A stretch of 64,000 nucleotides of DNA. Origin: Bacteroidota bacterium (GTDB lineage Bacteria; Bacteroidota; Ignavibacteria; Palsa-1295). The stretch's first letter is position 1. Each line of letters begins with the position of its first letter. The notes below the pieces were generated by a model. That model was given only the letters and a program-made list of their open reading frames with translations, ran no database searches and was not told the origin of the DNA. Positions 17,898 to 26,453 of this stretch are shown piece by piece. The stretch is from contig JAJPIQ010000044.1 in assembly GCA_021324685.1 (NCBI GenBank), positions 17,066 to 81,065 on the forward strand, in the 5' to 3' direction. A program made the position numbers and the translations under genes.

Positions 17898-19343
17898 TTA
17901 TGATACGATAGGCAGTTCCATTACCCCAGCACTTTCCTTATGTTCAATCGTCGAAATGACAAGTGGCGTAAGATCGTAAATTGGTTCATCGCGATTGACC
18001 AATTCCTGCCCGGGGCTTAAAAGTGTGGGGATCTTTGTGTCTATCAGCTCCCCAAACAATGTGGCGCTGTTGGAGCGGGTGATGTTTACCCTGCGATATT
18101 CGCCGACTTCTGCGTCCAGACGCGGAAACACAACGGTCTTATTCGTATCGGTGCGGCCTTTCCACTCCAAGGCATTTTTTTTCGAGCGGCCTTCGACGAG
18201 TACGCTATGTTCTCTGCCAACCTCCACACGGTTTCTTCGAGTTGAAATTTCGTTTTGTAACGTGATGACTTCGTTCAGACGACGCGTTTTTTCTTCGATG
18301 GGCACGTCATCTTCGAGTGTATTCCATGCGCGTGTGTTCGGGCGGGGAGAATAATTGAATGTGTAGGCGCCATCGTACTCGACTTCACGCATGACTTGCT
18401 TCGTCATTTCGTGATCTTCGAGCGATTCGGAGCAGAAGCCAACGATAATATCGGTCGAGAGCGCCGCTTCCGGCATTGCGCGCCGGATTTTTTCGACGAT
18501 CGACATATAATGCGCACGGGTATACGTGCGGTTCATCAGTTTCAGGATACGGTCCGAGCCGGACTGAATGGGCAAGTGAATATACTTGCAAATATTGTCA
18601 TGCTCTGCCATCGTATCGACAAGCTTTTGATCGAAATCCTGCGGATGGCTTGTCGTGTATCGAATACGAACATTAGGAACCGCGCGCGCACACGAGGCCA
18701 GGAGATCCGAGAAATCGTTACCATTCTCGCGATAGGAATTCACATTCTGTCCAAGTAATGTAATCTCTCGAAATCCCTGCTGCTCCAGTTCCTTGCATTC
18801 ATCGACGATGGAATTCAGGAGGCGAGAACGCTCCCGACCTCGCGTAAATGGCACGACACAGAACGTGCAAAACTTATCGCAGCCACGCATGACCGAGATG
18901 AATGCGCTGATCCCCTCATTGCGGTAGGGAAGGATGTCGTCGTAGGTCTCTGTGCGAGAAAGTTTTACCGCAATGGCGGGTTCCGCTTCTTTGATAGAAT
19001 CGACTAACGCAGGAAGTTTCCGGTACTCGTCCGGCCCGACCACGAGATCGACAATCGAACCCGAATTCTTGAGCAGGTCCTTTCGAAGATGTTCAGCCAT
19101 ACACCCGAGGACCCCGATGATGACCTCAGGATTGCTCTTTTTAGCGTTTTTCCAGTGGTCGAGTCGGTTCCAAACCTTTTCCTCAGCATTTTCGCGAATT
19201 GCGCAGGTATTCATAAAGGCAAGATCGGCGCCTTCGAGCTCTGAAACGGGCTGGTAGCCCGCTTTATGGAGCACAGAAAGCACGACCTCGGTGTCGGCCA
19301 CATTCATTTGACAGCCGTAGGTTTCTATATAGACCGTTTTCAT
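17898..19343 (-). CDS. miaB: tRNA-2-methylthio-N6-dimethylallyladenosine synthase (radical SAM)
   Basis: ETYGCQMN, NTCAIRENAE, GCDKFCTFC, TRAM domain; start set at ATG 19343. Confidence 0.96.
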   Translation of the reverse strand: MKTVYIETYGCQMNVADTEVVLSVLHKAGYQPVSELEGADLAFMNTCAIRENAEEKVWNRLDHWKNAKKSNPEVIIGVLGCMAEHLRKDLLKNSGSIVDLVVGPDEYRKLPALVDSIKEAEPAIAVKLSRTETYDDILPYRNEGISAFISVMRGCDKFCTFCVVPFTRGRERSRLLNSIVDECKELEQQGFREITLLGQNVNSYRENGNDFSDLLASCARAVPNVRIRYTTSHPQDFDQKLVDTMAEHDNICKYIHLPIQSGSDRILKLMNRTYTRAHYMSIVEKIRRAMPEAALSTDIIVGFCSESLEDHEMTKQVMREVEYDGAYTFNYSPRPNTRAWNTLEDDVPIEEKTRRLNEVITLQNEISTRRNRVEVGREHSVLVEGRSKKNALEWKGRTDTNKTVVFPRLDAEVGEYRRVNITRSNSATLFGELIDTKIPTLLSPGQELVNRDEPIYDLTPLVISTIEHKESAGVMELPIVS

Positions 19344-19439
19344 CTTCGAAACCGTAGAATCCAGCGGCCCCAAGTCGGGTTCCTCGCATGAATTCTTATC
19401 GTTTTAACCATTGTTCGCAATTGTTTCAGGAAGAGTACT

Positions 19440-21359
19440 ATGTCTTATCGCCTTTTTCTCTTTGGTGTATTCATTCTCGTCTGTTCCGAAACTACCGCCG
19501 GGGCTGTTAGCGCTGGTGGTTCGCGAGATTCGTATTCGGCATCGGAATTTCTTTCGTCTTCTTTTTCCGATAGTGCTTTTTACACGGTCGATAGTGCTGC
19601 GCTGGTAAGCGTTCTGGAACAGGGTTCCCATTTAGAGATCGACGATTTTCCCGGCGGCGATGGTGAGCGCGTCAGCCTCGATTTGAAGGCATCTCATTCA
19701 CCCATCGACGCGACGACCGAATTTTGGGTAGGTACCGCGAATGGAGCGATTTCTGTTCGGCCTCCATCGTTTTTCGTGTTTCGAGGCAAGGTCCTTGGAG
19801 AACCGAATTCCCGCATATTCCTCACTGCATTTGCGGGGAAATTGCTGGTTTCAATTTCACGCGCATCTGGAGAAACGTATGTGTTCGGACCTGCAAAGAA
19901 TTCTGAAGCGCGCGGTGCGCATATTTTCATGCGCGAAGCCGATCTTCTCTCATTCGGAGAGCTTCATCCCATGAACTGCATTACCGAGGACATCGCTCAG
20001 CCCGTCACGCCCCGGCCAGTTTCAGAGCTGTTAAAACAATATCGTTCGAGCATTCCTGCCAACATGCCGCATTCGCAGTTGCTCGAACTCGATGTTGCGG
20101 TCGAAGCCGATAGCTGCTTTTACCATGCAGCCGGAAACGACATGAATACGGTGCTTGGCTATATCGCTTCTCTTTTTGCAATGTCAAGCTCGATTTACGA
20201 AGACGAGGTTAATATTACATGGCATCTTTCCTGGGTGAAGGTTTGGCCAAGTGGCGATCCGTATAACGTTCAGGGAAACGCGTATGGCCTGGAGGATACG
20301 GTTCCCAAATACTGGCGCGCGCACTATGCTGATGTCCCTCGCGATTGCGCCCACGTGCTGACGTCCATTGGCTATGGCGGCGGCGGATTTGGATATTATT
20401 CGATGTGCGACCCTCAAAATTCCTATAGTATGAGTTCTCCGCAAACGGGTCATCAATATCCGACCTTCGCATTTACGTACGATGCCTATATCGTGGCACA
20501 TGAAATAGGGCACAACTTCAGCCTGGTCCATTCTCACCAATGTTACTGGGATCCGCCGCTGGATACCTGTTATACCAAAGATGATACCACGTACGGTCTT
20601 CAACTTGGTGACGCCTGCGAAAGCCGGCCGATCACGCCGCGCCGAAGTTCTGGAACGATCATGAGTTATTGTGCCAATGCGAATTATGTACTTGCTGGCA
20701 GGGACATCTCACAATTCAAGCTCGCGATGACATTCTCTAAAAAAGTCGATTCGGTGCTGCGCGTGAATGCAGAGTTGGATACCTGTCTTACACCGCCGGC
20801 TCAGCCGACCGTCATTCTCACCTCGCCGCGCGGCAGTGAGACATTTTCTGGCGATACGAACGTGTTTATCACATGGTCATACGCGAATGTCGATTCGATT
20901 TCACTGGAGTATTCGTCGGACGGCGGAACGATGTGGAACGGAATTGTGAAGGGAATTCCGGCCTCGAGCGGGTCCTATGTATGGAATGTTCCGAACGTTG
21001 CGACAAAAAAAATGCTTGTCCGGGCATTCGATGTAGGCGATGTTTTGGTCGCGGATACGAGCTTGCTCGTTTTTACGGTCGTTCCTGTGGCCTCTGTTTC
21101 GAATGCGGGGAGCGATGAGCATTTCTCGATCTCTCCGAATCCAGCGCAGCAAGAGCTTTGGCTGAGTGGCATCCCATCGGGACATGCGATTATGTATGAC
21201 ATTATTGATGCGAATGGATCCGTGATATTATATGGGTGTGTCCAGCCGGATGCAAAGAATGTTGCTCATTTTCCTGTGGACCCACTGCCGAGCGGAACCT
21301 ATTACCTGCGACTCACGTCTCCGGTATCGCGCATTTTTTCATTCGTACACATAAAATGA
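19440..21359 (+). CDS. Secreted M12/reprolysin-like zinc metallopeptidase with T9SS CTD
   Basis: HEIGHNFSLVH, Met-turn GTIMSY, Ig-like domain, CTD SPNPAQ...LPSGTYYLRL. Confidence 0.9.
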   Translation: MSYRLFLFGVFILVCSETTAGAVSAGGSRDSYSASEFLSSSFSDSAFYTVDSAALVSVLEQGSHLEIDDFPGGDGERVSLDLKASHSPIDATTEFWVGTANGAISVRPPSFFVFRGKVLGEPNSRIFLTAFAGKLLVSISRASGETYVFGPAKNSEARGAHIFMREADLLSFGELHPMNCITEDIAQPVTPRPVSELLKQYRSSIPANMPHSQLLELDVAVEADSCFYHAAGNDMNTVLGYIASLFAMSSSIYEDEVNITWHLSWVKVWPSGDPYNVQGNAYGLEDTVPKYWRAHYADVPRDCAHVLTSIGYGGGGFGYYSMCDPQNSYSMSSPQTGHQYPTFAFTYDAYIVAHEIGHNFSLVHSHQCYWDPPLDTCYTKDDTTYGLQLGDACESRPITPRRSSGTIMSYCANANYVLAGRDISQFKLAMTFSKKVDSVLRVNAELDTCLTPPAQPTVILTSPRGSETFSGDTNVFITWSYANVDSISLEYSSDGGTMWNGIVKGIPASSGSYVWNVPNVATKKMLVRAFDVGDVLVADTSLLVFTVVPVASVSNAGSDEHFSISPNPAQQELWLSGIPSGHAIMYDIIDANGSVILYGCVQPDAKNVAHFPVDPLPSGTYYLRLTSPVSRIFSFVHIK

Positions 21360-21817
21360 AGAGCATTCTTTTTGTCGCGTTTGCTTTTCTCGCAATTGCG
21401 TCCGTTTCAAAGGCTCAGCCGCTCGCGATCGGAGCGCGTATATCGACCGTTGATTCCTGTCTTTCTAAGTGGAGAGTCGAATCGAGCGATCTAAGTCCTG
21501 GGGACTCGGTTTGCCTTGGCGCGCGTTTTTGGGATATTGAAGGGCATCTGCTTTTTCATATTGACTCTTCCGAACACACCCTCACAAAAGTCGATTGGTC
21601 GTCATATCTGCCTATTGCTCGGGACTCTGTCGAGGACATCGCGAAAAAGATCGAGACGACGCTGGGCCCATGTGATCGTGCCCGCAATCGTGACTGGGTC
21701 TATTGGATCTGGGATAATGAGGAGATCCATTATTTGCTTGGCTACAACAAAGGAATTGTTCGAATGCTCGAGTTCGAGGACCAAAGCTCACTCGAGGCGT
21801 GCATGATGCCGCACTGA
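21356..21817 (+). CDS. Hypothetical exported protein
   Basis: ATGA overlap with the upstream stop; signal peptide MKSILFVAFAFLAIASVSKA. Confidence 0.72.
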   Translation: MKSILFVAFAFLAIASVSKAQPLAIGARISTVDSCLSKWRVESSDLSPGDSVCLGARFWDIEGHLLFHIDSSEHTLTKVDWSSYLPIARDSVEDIAKKIETTLGPCDRARNRDWVYWIWDNEEIHYLLGYNKGIVRMLEFEDQSSLEACMMPH

Positions 21818-21825
21818 AGAGATTC

Positions 21826-22848
21826 ATGATGCTATATCCCGTTCGACGGACCATCTTATTTTTATCACTGGTTCTTCCAATCATTTTTAGCGCTCCGGAT
21901 GCGCGTGCCCAGTTCTGGCACGCTCTGGCGCCAGATGCGACCAGCCCGGCAGCGGGTTTTTCTAACGACGAAAAAAAGGTTTTTTTTGTACACAATGAGA
22001 ATATTTATACTTTCACTATTGCCGATAAATATGGCCGTCTTACATTCGCGCCGGGAATGACTCCTTCCCAAATTACTGCGTTCAATGGCACCCAGCCGGT
22101 CGGCCCTGCACTGCACATCACCTCACGTCCCCTCATCGTCTTTGAAAGGCCAGACAGTACGACGCCCGCCAATCATCATCTCTACGCGGTGAAAGACGAC
22201 GGTTCCTCTGCGCCGGAGGATATTACACCGGGAAATCAAAATGCACATATATTGGGCGAATCGTACAACGGACGTTACATTTATTTTACATCGAATAAGG
22301 TCCATACCAACAAGCTTGACGTGTATCGATACGATACCCAGCAAAACACCAGCGATGTTGTTTTTCCGAATGACGCGAATTACCGTGCGCTTGCATGGTC
22401 GCGCGATCAAACAAGATTGTTGATGATCGAACCTCCTTCGGGCGCACTATTCGAATACGATATTGAATCGACCACACGAACGCCGCTCATAATGCCGACG
22501 GGTTCCGTGCAATACGGCGACGCACTCTTTAATCCAGCGTGGCATACGCTGTTCCTTTTTGCTGGCGGTCAGGAATATGTTACCGATATTGGATCGAATG
22601 AGATTACGCCGGCAGGGAAGGCTCCATCGGGAATCGACTACTCACCGAATGGGAAGTATCTCATCGAAATGTTTCCAGACGGGGACACCGTAAAGGAAGC
22701 CACGACGGGGATCGCTCTCCAGCTTCCCGCCGGGTCCCATATTGAAGCGATAGCTCCAAAAGAAACGATGCTGCTCTATACTATTCGGGGCAAGCTTTAT
22801 CTCTTCGATATTGTGAAAAAGACAACCGTTGAACTCGCGACGCTTTGA
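21826..22848 (+). CDS. Exported TolB-like/PD40 beta-propeller protein
   Basis: Signal peptide; FSNDEKKVFF, SYNGRYIYFTSN, WSRD and YSPNGKY blade motifs. Confidence 0.72.
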   Translation: MMLYPVRRTILFLSLVLPIIFSAPDARAQFWHALAPDATSPAAGFSNDEKKVFFVHNENIYTFTIADKYGRLTFAPGMTPSQITAFNGTQPVGPALHITSRPLIVFERPDSTTPANHHLYAVKDDGSSAPEDITPGNQNAHILGESYNGRYIYFTSNKVHTNKLDVYRYDTQQNTSDVVFPNDANYRALAWSRDQTRLLMIEPPSGALFEYDIESTTRTPLIMPTGSVQYGDALFNPAWHTLFLFAGGQEYVTDIGSNEITPAGKAPSGIDYSPNGKYLIEMFPDGDTVKEATTGIALQLPAGSHIEAIAPKETMLLYTIRGKLYLFDIVKKTTVELATL

Positions 22849-22905
22849 CTCGAATTTCGAAGATAATTCGAATTTGACCCGAAATTTTTTCGTTTTCCAT
22901 TCTTC

Positions 22906-24228
22906 ATGGATGCTTTTCGTGTAACCGGAGGAAAACCGCTCACCGGGACGGTACGTGTCAGCGGGACGAAGAATCTTATTTCGAAGGTCATGGTCGCTTC
23001 CATGCTTTCGGATCAGCCGAGCACCTTTACGAATGCGCCCGTCCGATTAGGCGAAGTCGATATTACCGGCGATATTGCTCGTTCACTCGGAAGTGAGATC
23101 GCGATCTCCAGCGAAGCTAACGGTACGTTAACGATCGCCACTCCCTCTTTTTCGACGACCGTGGTTCCCCAGCGATTTGCGGGTTTGAACCGCATTCCGA
23201 TTCTTATGATCGGTCCGATGTTGCACCGCACCGGTACGGCATCCGTTCCCATGCCCGGCGGCGACCGTATCGGGCAGCGACCGGTCAATTACCATATCGA
23301 CGCGCTTGAAAAAATGGGCGCGAAGATCGAGTTTGTCGATAATTATTTCCATTGCACGGCCGATACACTGACTGGAACTTTAATTTCTCTTCCGTTCCCC
23401 TCCGTTGGCGCAACCGAAAACATCATCATGGCTGCGGTCCTTGCCCGCGGTACGACGATCATCGAAAATGCGGCCGTGGAGCCTGAGATCGTGGAACTCA
23501 TGCGGTTTCTGCAAAAGATGGGCGCGATCATCAATCTGGAAACGAACCGTCGCATCATTGTGGATGGAGTCGATCGGCTCAAAGGTGCGCAGCAACGCAT
23601 TATGCCCGACCGGATTGAAGCGGCCTCTTTTGCATGTGCAGCTATTGCAACGAAAGGGGATATTTTTATCGAAAACGCCGTGCAGTCGACGATGATGACG
23701 TTTCTGAACAATATCCGGAGGGCGGGAGCAGACTTCGATGTCGTCGGTGGCGGAATTCGCTTTTTTTATAAGGACACGCTCAAGCCACTCGCGATCGAGA
23801 CCGACGTTCATCCGGGTTTTATGACCGATTGGCAACAGCCATGGGTCCTCCTCATGACGCAGGCCCATGGGATGTCGGTTGTGCATGAAACTGTCTATGA
23901 AAACAGATTTGGGTACACGCGAGAACTTCAAAAAATGGGTGCGGAAATTCAGCTTTATAAATCGTGTCTGGGTGGCAACCCTTGCCGTTTCAAATCGCTT
24001 GTACATCCGCACTCCGTCGTTATTTTAGGGCCGACAAAGCTCAAGGGAAGCCATATTGTCATTCCTGATCTAAGGGCGGGATTCGTTTATCTCATTGCCG
24101 CATCGCTGGCGGAGGGGGAATCGATTATCACCGGCATTCATCATGTCGAGCGTGGCTATGAGCATATTCAGCAAAAACTGCAGGATATTGGTGTGACGAT
24201 CGAGCGGGTTAAAGTACAAGATCAGTGA
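22906..24228 (+). CDS. murA: UDP-N-acetylglucosamine 1-carboxyvinyltransferase (Asp-type)
   Basis: SGTKN, PGGDRIGQRP, SVGATEN, PDRIEA, PGFMTD, PDLRAG, ERGYE. Confidence 0.96.
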   Translation: MDAFRVTGGKPLTGTVRVSGTKNLISKVMVASMLSDQPSTFTNAPVRLGEVDITGDIARSLGSEIAISSEANGTLTIATPSFSTTVVPQRFAGLNRIPILMIGPMLHRTGTASVPMPGGDRIGQRPVNYHIDALEKMGAKIEFVDNYFHCTADTLTGTLISLPFPSVGATENIIMAAVLARGTTIIENAAVEPEIVELMRFLQKMGAIINLETNRRIIVDGVDRLKGAQQRIMPDRIEAASFACAAIATKGDIFIENAVQSTMMTFLNNIRRAGADFDVVGGGIRFFYKDTLKPLAIETDVHPGFMTDWQQPWVLLMTQAHGMSVVHETVYENRFGYTRELQKMGAEIQLYKSCLGGNPCRFKSLVHPHSVVILGPTKLKGSHIVIPDLRAGFVYLIAASLAEGESIITGIHHVERGYEHIQQKLQDIGVTIERVKVQDQ

Positions 24229-24336
24229 GGAGCCTCCTGTACTTCCACTTCCATAACAGATTTTCTAAAATCTTCAGATTTCAGATTTCGGGAGCGTTTT
24301 AACAAACTTCGAGGTTTCACGCCCCGCAGTTAACAG

Positions 24337-24446
24337 ATGGCTTTGAAGCCATTTTGGAGACTCTGCCGACGATTCGTCCATACGGGGCCATTCATGGTAA
24401 TGGCCTGGCAGACATCCTCCGAACGCGATTTTTCGCGGTTTTTTTT
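24337..24446 (+). promoter_or_regulatory. Candidate structured 5' leader of rpsP with a terminator-like hairpin
   Basis: Nested stems tctgcc/ggcaga, gacg/cgtc and gggccatt/aatggcct, then cgcga/tcgcg plus T8 ending 11 nt before the ATG. Confidence 0.5.
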
Positions 24447-24457
24447 ACGTTAGAACC

Positions 24458-25036
24458 ATGGTAAAACTCAGATTAGCACGCCAGGGACGCAAGAAAGTCC
24501 CAATCTATAAAATTGTGGCCACCGACAGCCGTTCTCGGCGGGATGGGCGTTTTCTGGAATCGCTGGGCCAATATCGTCCTTCGAACGAGCCCGGCCAGAA
24601 GATCCAAATCAAAGAAGATCGTGCCCTTTATTGGCTGAACGTCGGCGCCCAACCGAGCGATACGGTCCGTTCGCTCCTTTCTCGCGAGGGTATATTGCTT
24701 AAATGGCACCTCGAGAAAAAGAAAGTCGATCCTGCTCGCGCCAGTGAGATTTTCAACACCTGGAAAACTGAGCGGGATGCCAAATACGCTTCGGCTGCCG
24801 ATGCGAAACAGCGTGCTCGGGAAGAAGCCCGCCGAAAAGCCGCTAAAAAAGCGCCTGAAGCCGCCGCTCCTGCTACCGAGACATCGACCGTAACCGAAAC
24901 AGCGGCTACCATCGAAGCAGAAGCGACTCCCGCTACTTCATCTGAAGCGCCCCAGGCTCTCGGAGAACCATCTGTGACCTCTGAAGCGGGTCTGAATCCC
25001 GAAGGCGAGCGCAACGCAGAAAGCGTCGAGGGATAA
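24458..25036 (+). CDS. rpsP: 30S ribosomal protein S16 with a long Ala/Glu/Thr-rich C-terminal extension
   Basis: MVKLRLARQGRKKVPIYKIVATDSRSRRDGRFLESLG...WLNVGAQPSDTV. Confidence 0.97.
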   Translation: MVKLRLARQGRKKVPIYKIVATDSRSRRDGRFLESLGQYRPSNEPGQKIQIKEDRALYWLNVGAQPSDTVRSLLSREGILLKWHLEKKKVDPARASEIFNTWKTERDAKYASAADAKQRAREEARRKAAKKAPEAAAPATETSTVTETAATIEAEATPATSSEAPQALGEPSVTSEAGLNPEGERNAESVEG

Positions 25037-25052
25037 TACCCAATCGCTTGCC

Positions 25053-26453
25053 ATGGACGAAATCGTTGCATTTCTCCAGAGCGTCCCTCATTTAAGCGGC
25101 GTCCCTCGGGGCCAGATCGAATGGCTTGTGCGCGAGTCTGAACTCCGCGTTTTGGAACCGGGAATTTTGGCTCGACCGGGGGAGGCCAACGAGTTGATGG
25201 AGTATATGATCGTCCTCCTCGAAGGCTCACTTCAGGCCTACACGATTCAAAACGCGCAAAAGAAGATTCAAATGACGAGCGAGCCCGGTGCACTCACGGG
25301 ATTGCTGCCGTTTTCCCGTATGAAGTATACGCCCGTCTATGTGGAGACGATCGGGAATGTGAAAATGCTTGCGCTGCCTCGATCTAAATTTCATGCGCTG
25401 ATTGCCGCCAATTATGAGCTTACGGAAGTCATTGTGCATTCGATGGTGGATCGCGTCCGAGTCTTCACCTCCGCACATTTTCAGAATGAGAAGCTCATGT
25501 CCCTCGGTAAACTTTCCGCGGGGCTTGCACATGAGCTGAATAATCCGGCCGCTGCTATTGTCCGGAGTGCCGAAGATTTAAAGCACACTTTTGGAACGAT
25601 TGCTCAAAATCTGCGATCGATTGGCTCCATTGAATTAGAGGAGGACCAGATCGCGGCTTTGACGGGAATTTTTTTAGAAATCCAGTCCCGCCCCTCCAAT
25701 CGGCTCTCCCTGCTCGATCGGAAGCGGGAAGAAGAGCAGGTGATGGATTGGCTCGAAGCCCATGGCATTAACGGCGACTGTGCCGAAACATTCGTAGGCT
25801 TTCGCTATTCTACTACGGACCTGGACCGGATAAAAGAAATTTTTTCGGAACCGGCATTCCCGCCGTTCATCGACTGGCTTTCGAGAACGCTTTCGGCCGA
25901 ACAAGCCGTCGAAGAAATCGGGACCGCCTCGCGCCGTATTTCGGAGCTCGTTCAGTCCGTCAAAAGCTATACCCGGATGGACCAGGTGCAGGATATGCAG
26001 GAACTCTGCATCAACGATGGCATTCACAATACGGTGACGATGCTCCAGCATAAGTTCCGGAAAAACAATGTGGAACTTCAGGAGGAACTTGCCGCCGGTC
26101 TTCCGATGATCCTCGGGTTCCCAGGCGAACTGAATCAGGTCTGGACCAATATTATCGATAATGCCCTGGATGCGATGAAAGAAAACGGTGGCACGCTCAC
26201 CGTGCGGACCTATCCCCGGGACGATGCGGTCGTCTTTAGTGCAGCCGATACGGGCCCCGGCATTGCGCCGGAGTATCTGGAGCGGATTTTCGACCCGTTC
26301 TTTACCACAAAGGATGTGGGGGAGGGGACCGGGGTCGGTCTCGATGTCGTCCAAAAAGTCGTTACGTTACATCGTGGGAAGATCGATGTTTCGTCCAAAC
26401 CGGGGTCTACGGAATTCCGAATTTCCTTCCCACGCGTTGCGGGGATTGCATGA
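25053..26453 (+). CDS. Cytoplasmic sensor histidine kinase with an N-terminal cNMP-binding-like domain
   Basis: H-box LAHELNNP, N-box NIIDNALDA, DTGPGI, FDPFFTTK, GTGVGL; no TM segment. Confidence 0.92.
   Translation: MDEIVAFLQSVPHLSGVPRGQIEWLVRESELRVLEPGILARPGEANELMEYMIVLLEGSLQAYTIQNAQKKIQMTSEPGALTGLLPFSRMKYTPVYVETIGNVKMLALPRSKFHALIAANYELTEVIVHSMVDRVRVFTSAHFQNEKLMSLGKLSAGLAHELNNPAAAIVRSAEDLKHTFGTIAQNLRSIGSIELEEDQIAALTGIFLEIQSRPSNRLSLLDRKREEEQVMDWLEAHGINGDCAETFVGFRYSTTDLDRIKEIFSEPAFPPFIDWLSRTLSAEQAVEEIGTASRRISELVQSVKSYTRMDQVQDMQELCINDGIHNTVTMLQHKFRKNNVELQEELAAGLPMILGFPGELNQVWTNIIDNALDAMKENGGTLTVRTYPRDDAVVFSAADTGPGIAPEYLERIFDPFFTTKDVGEGTGVGLDVVQKVVTLHRGKIDVSSKPGSTEFRISFPRVAGIA

Noticed and set aside
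24750..25036. Long C-terminal tail of S16 as a possible fusion or readthrough
   Set aside because: Extended S16 proteins are common in Bacteroidota-related lineages
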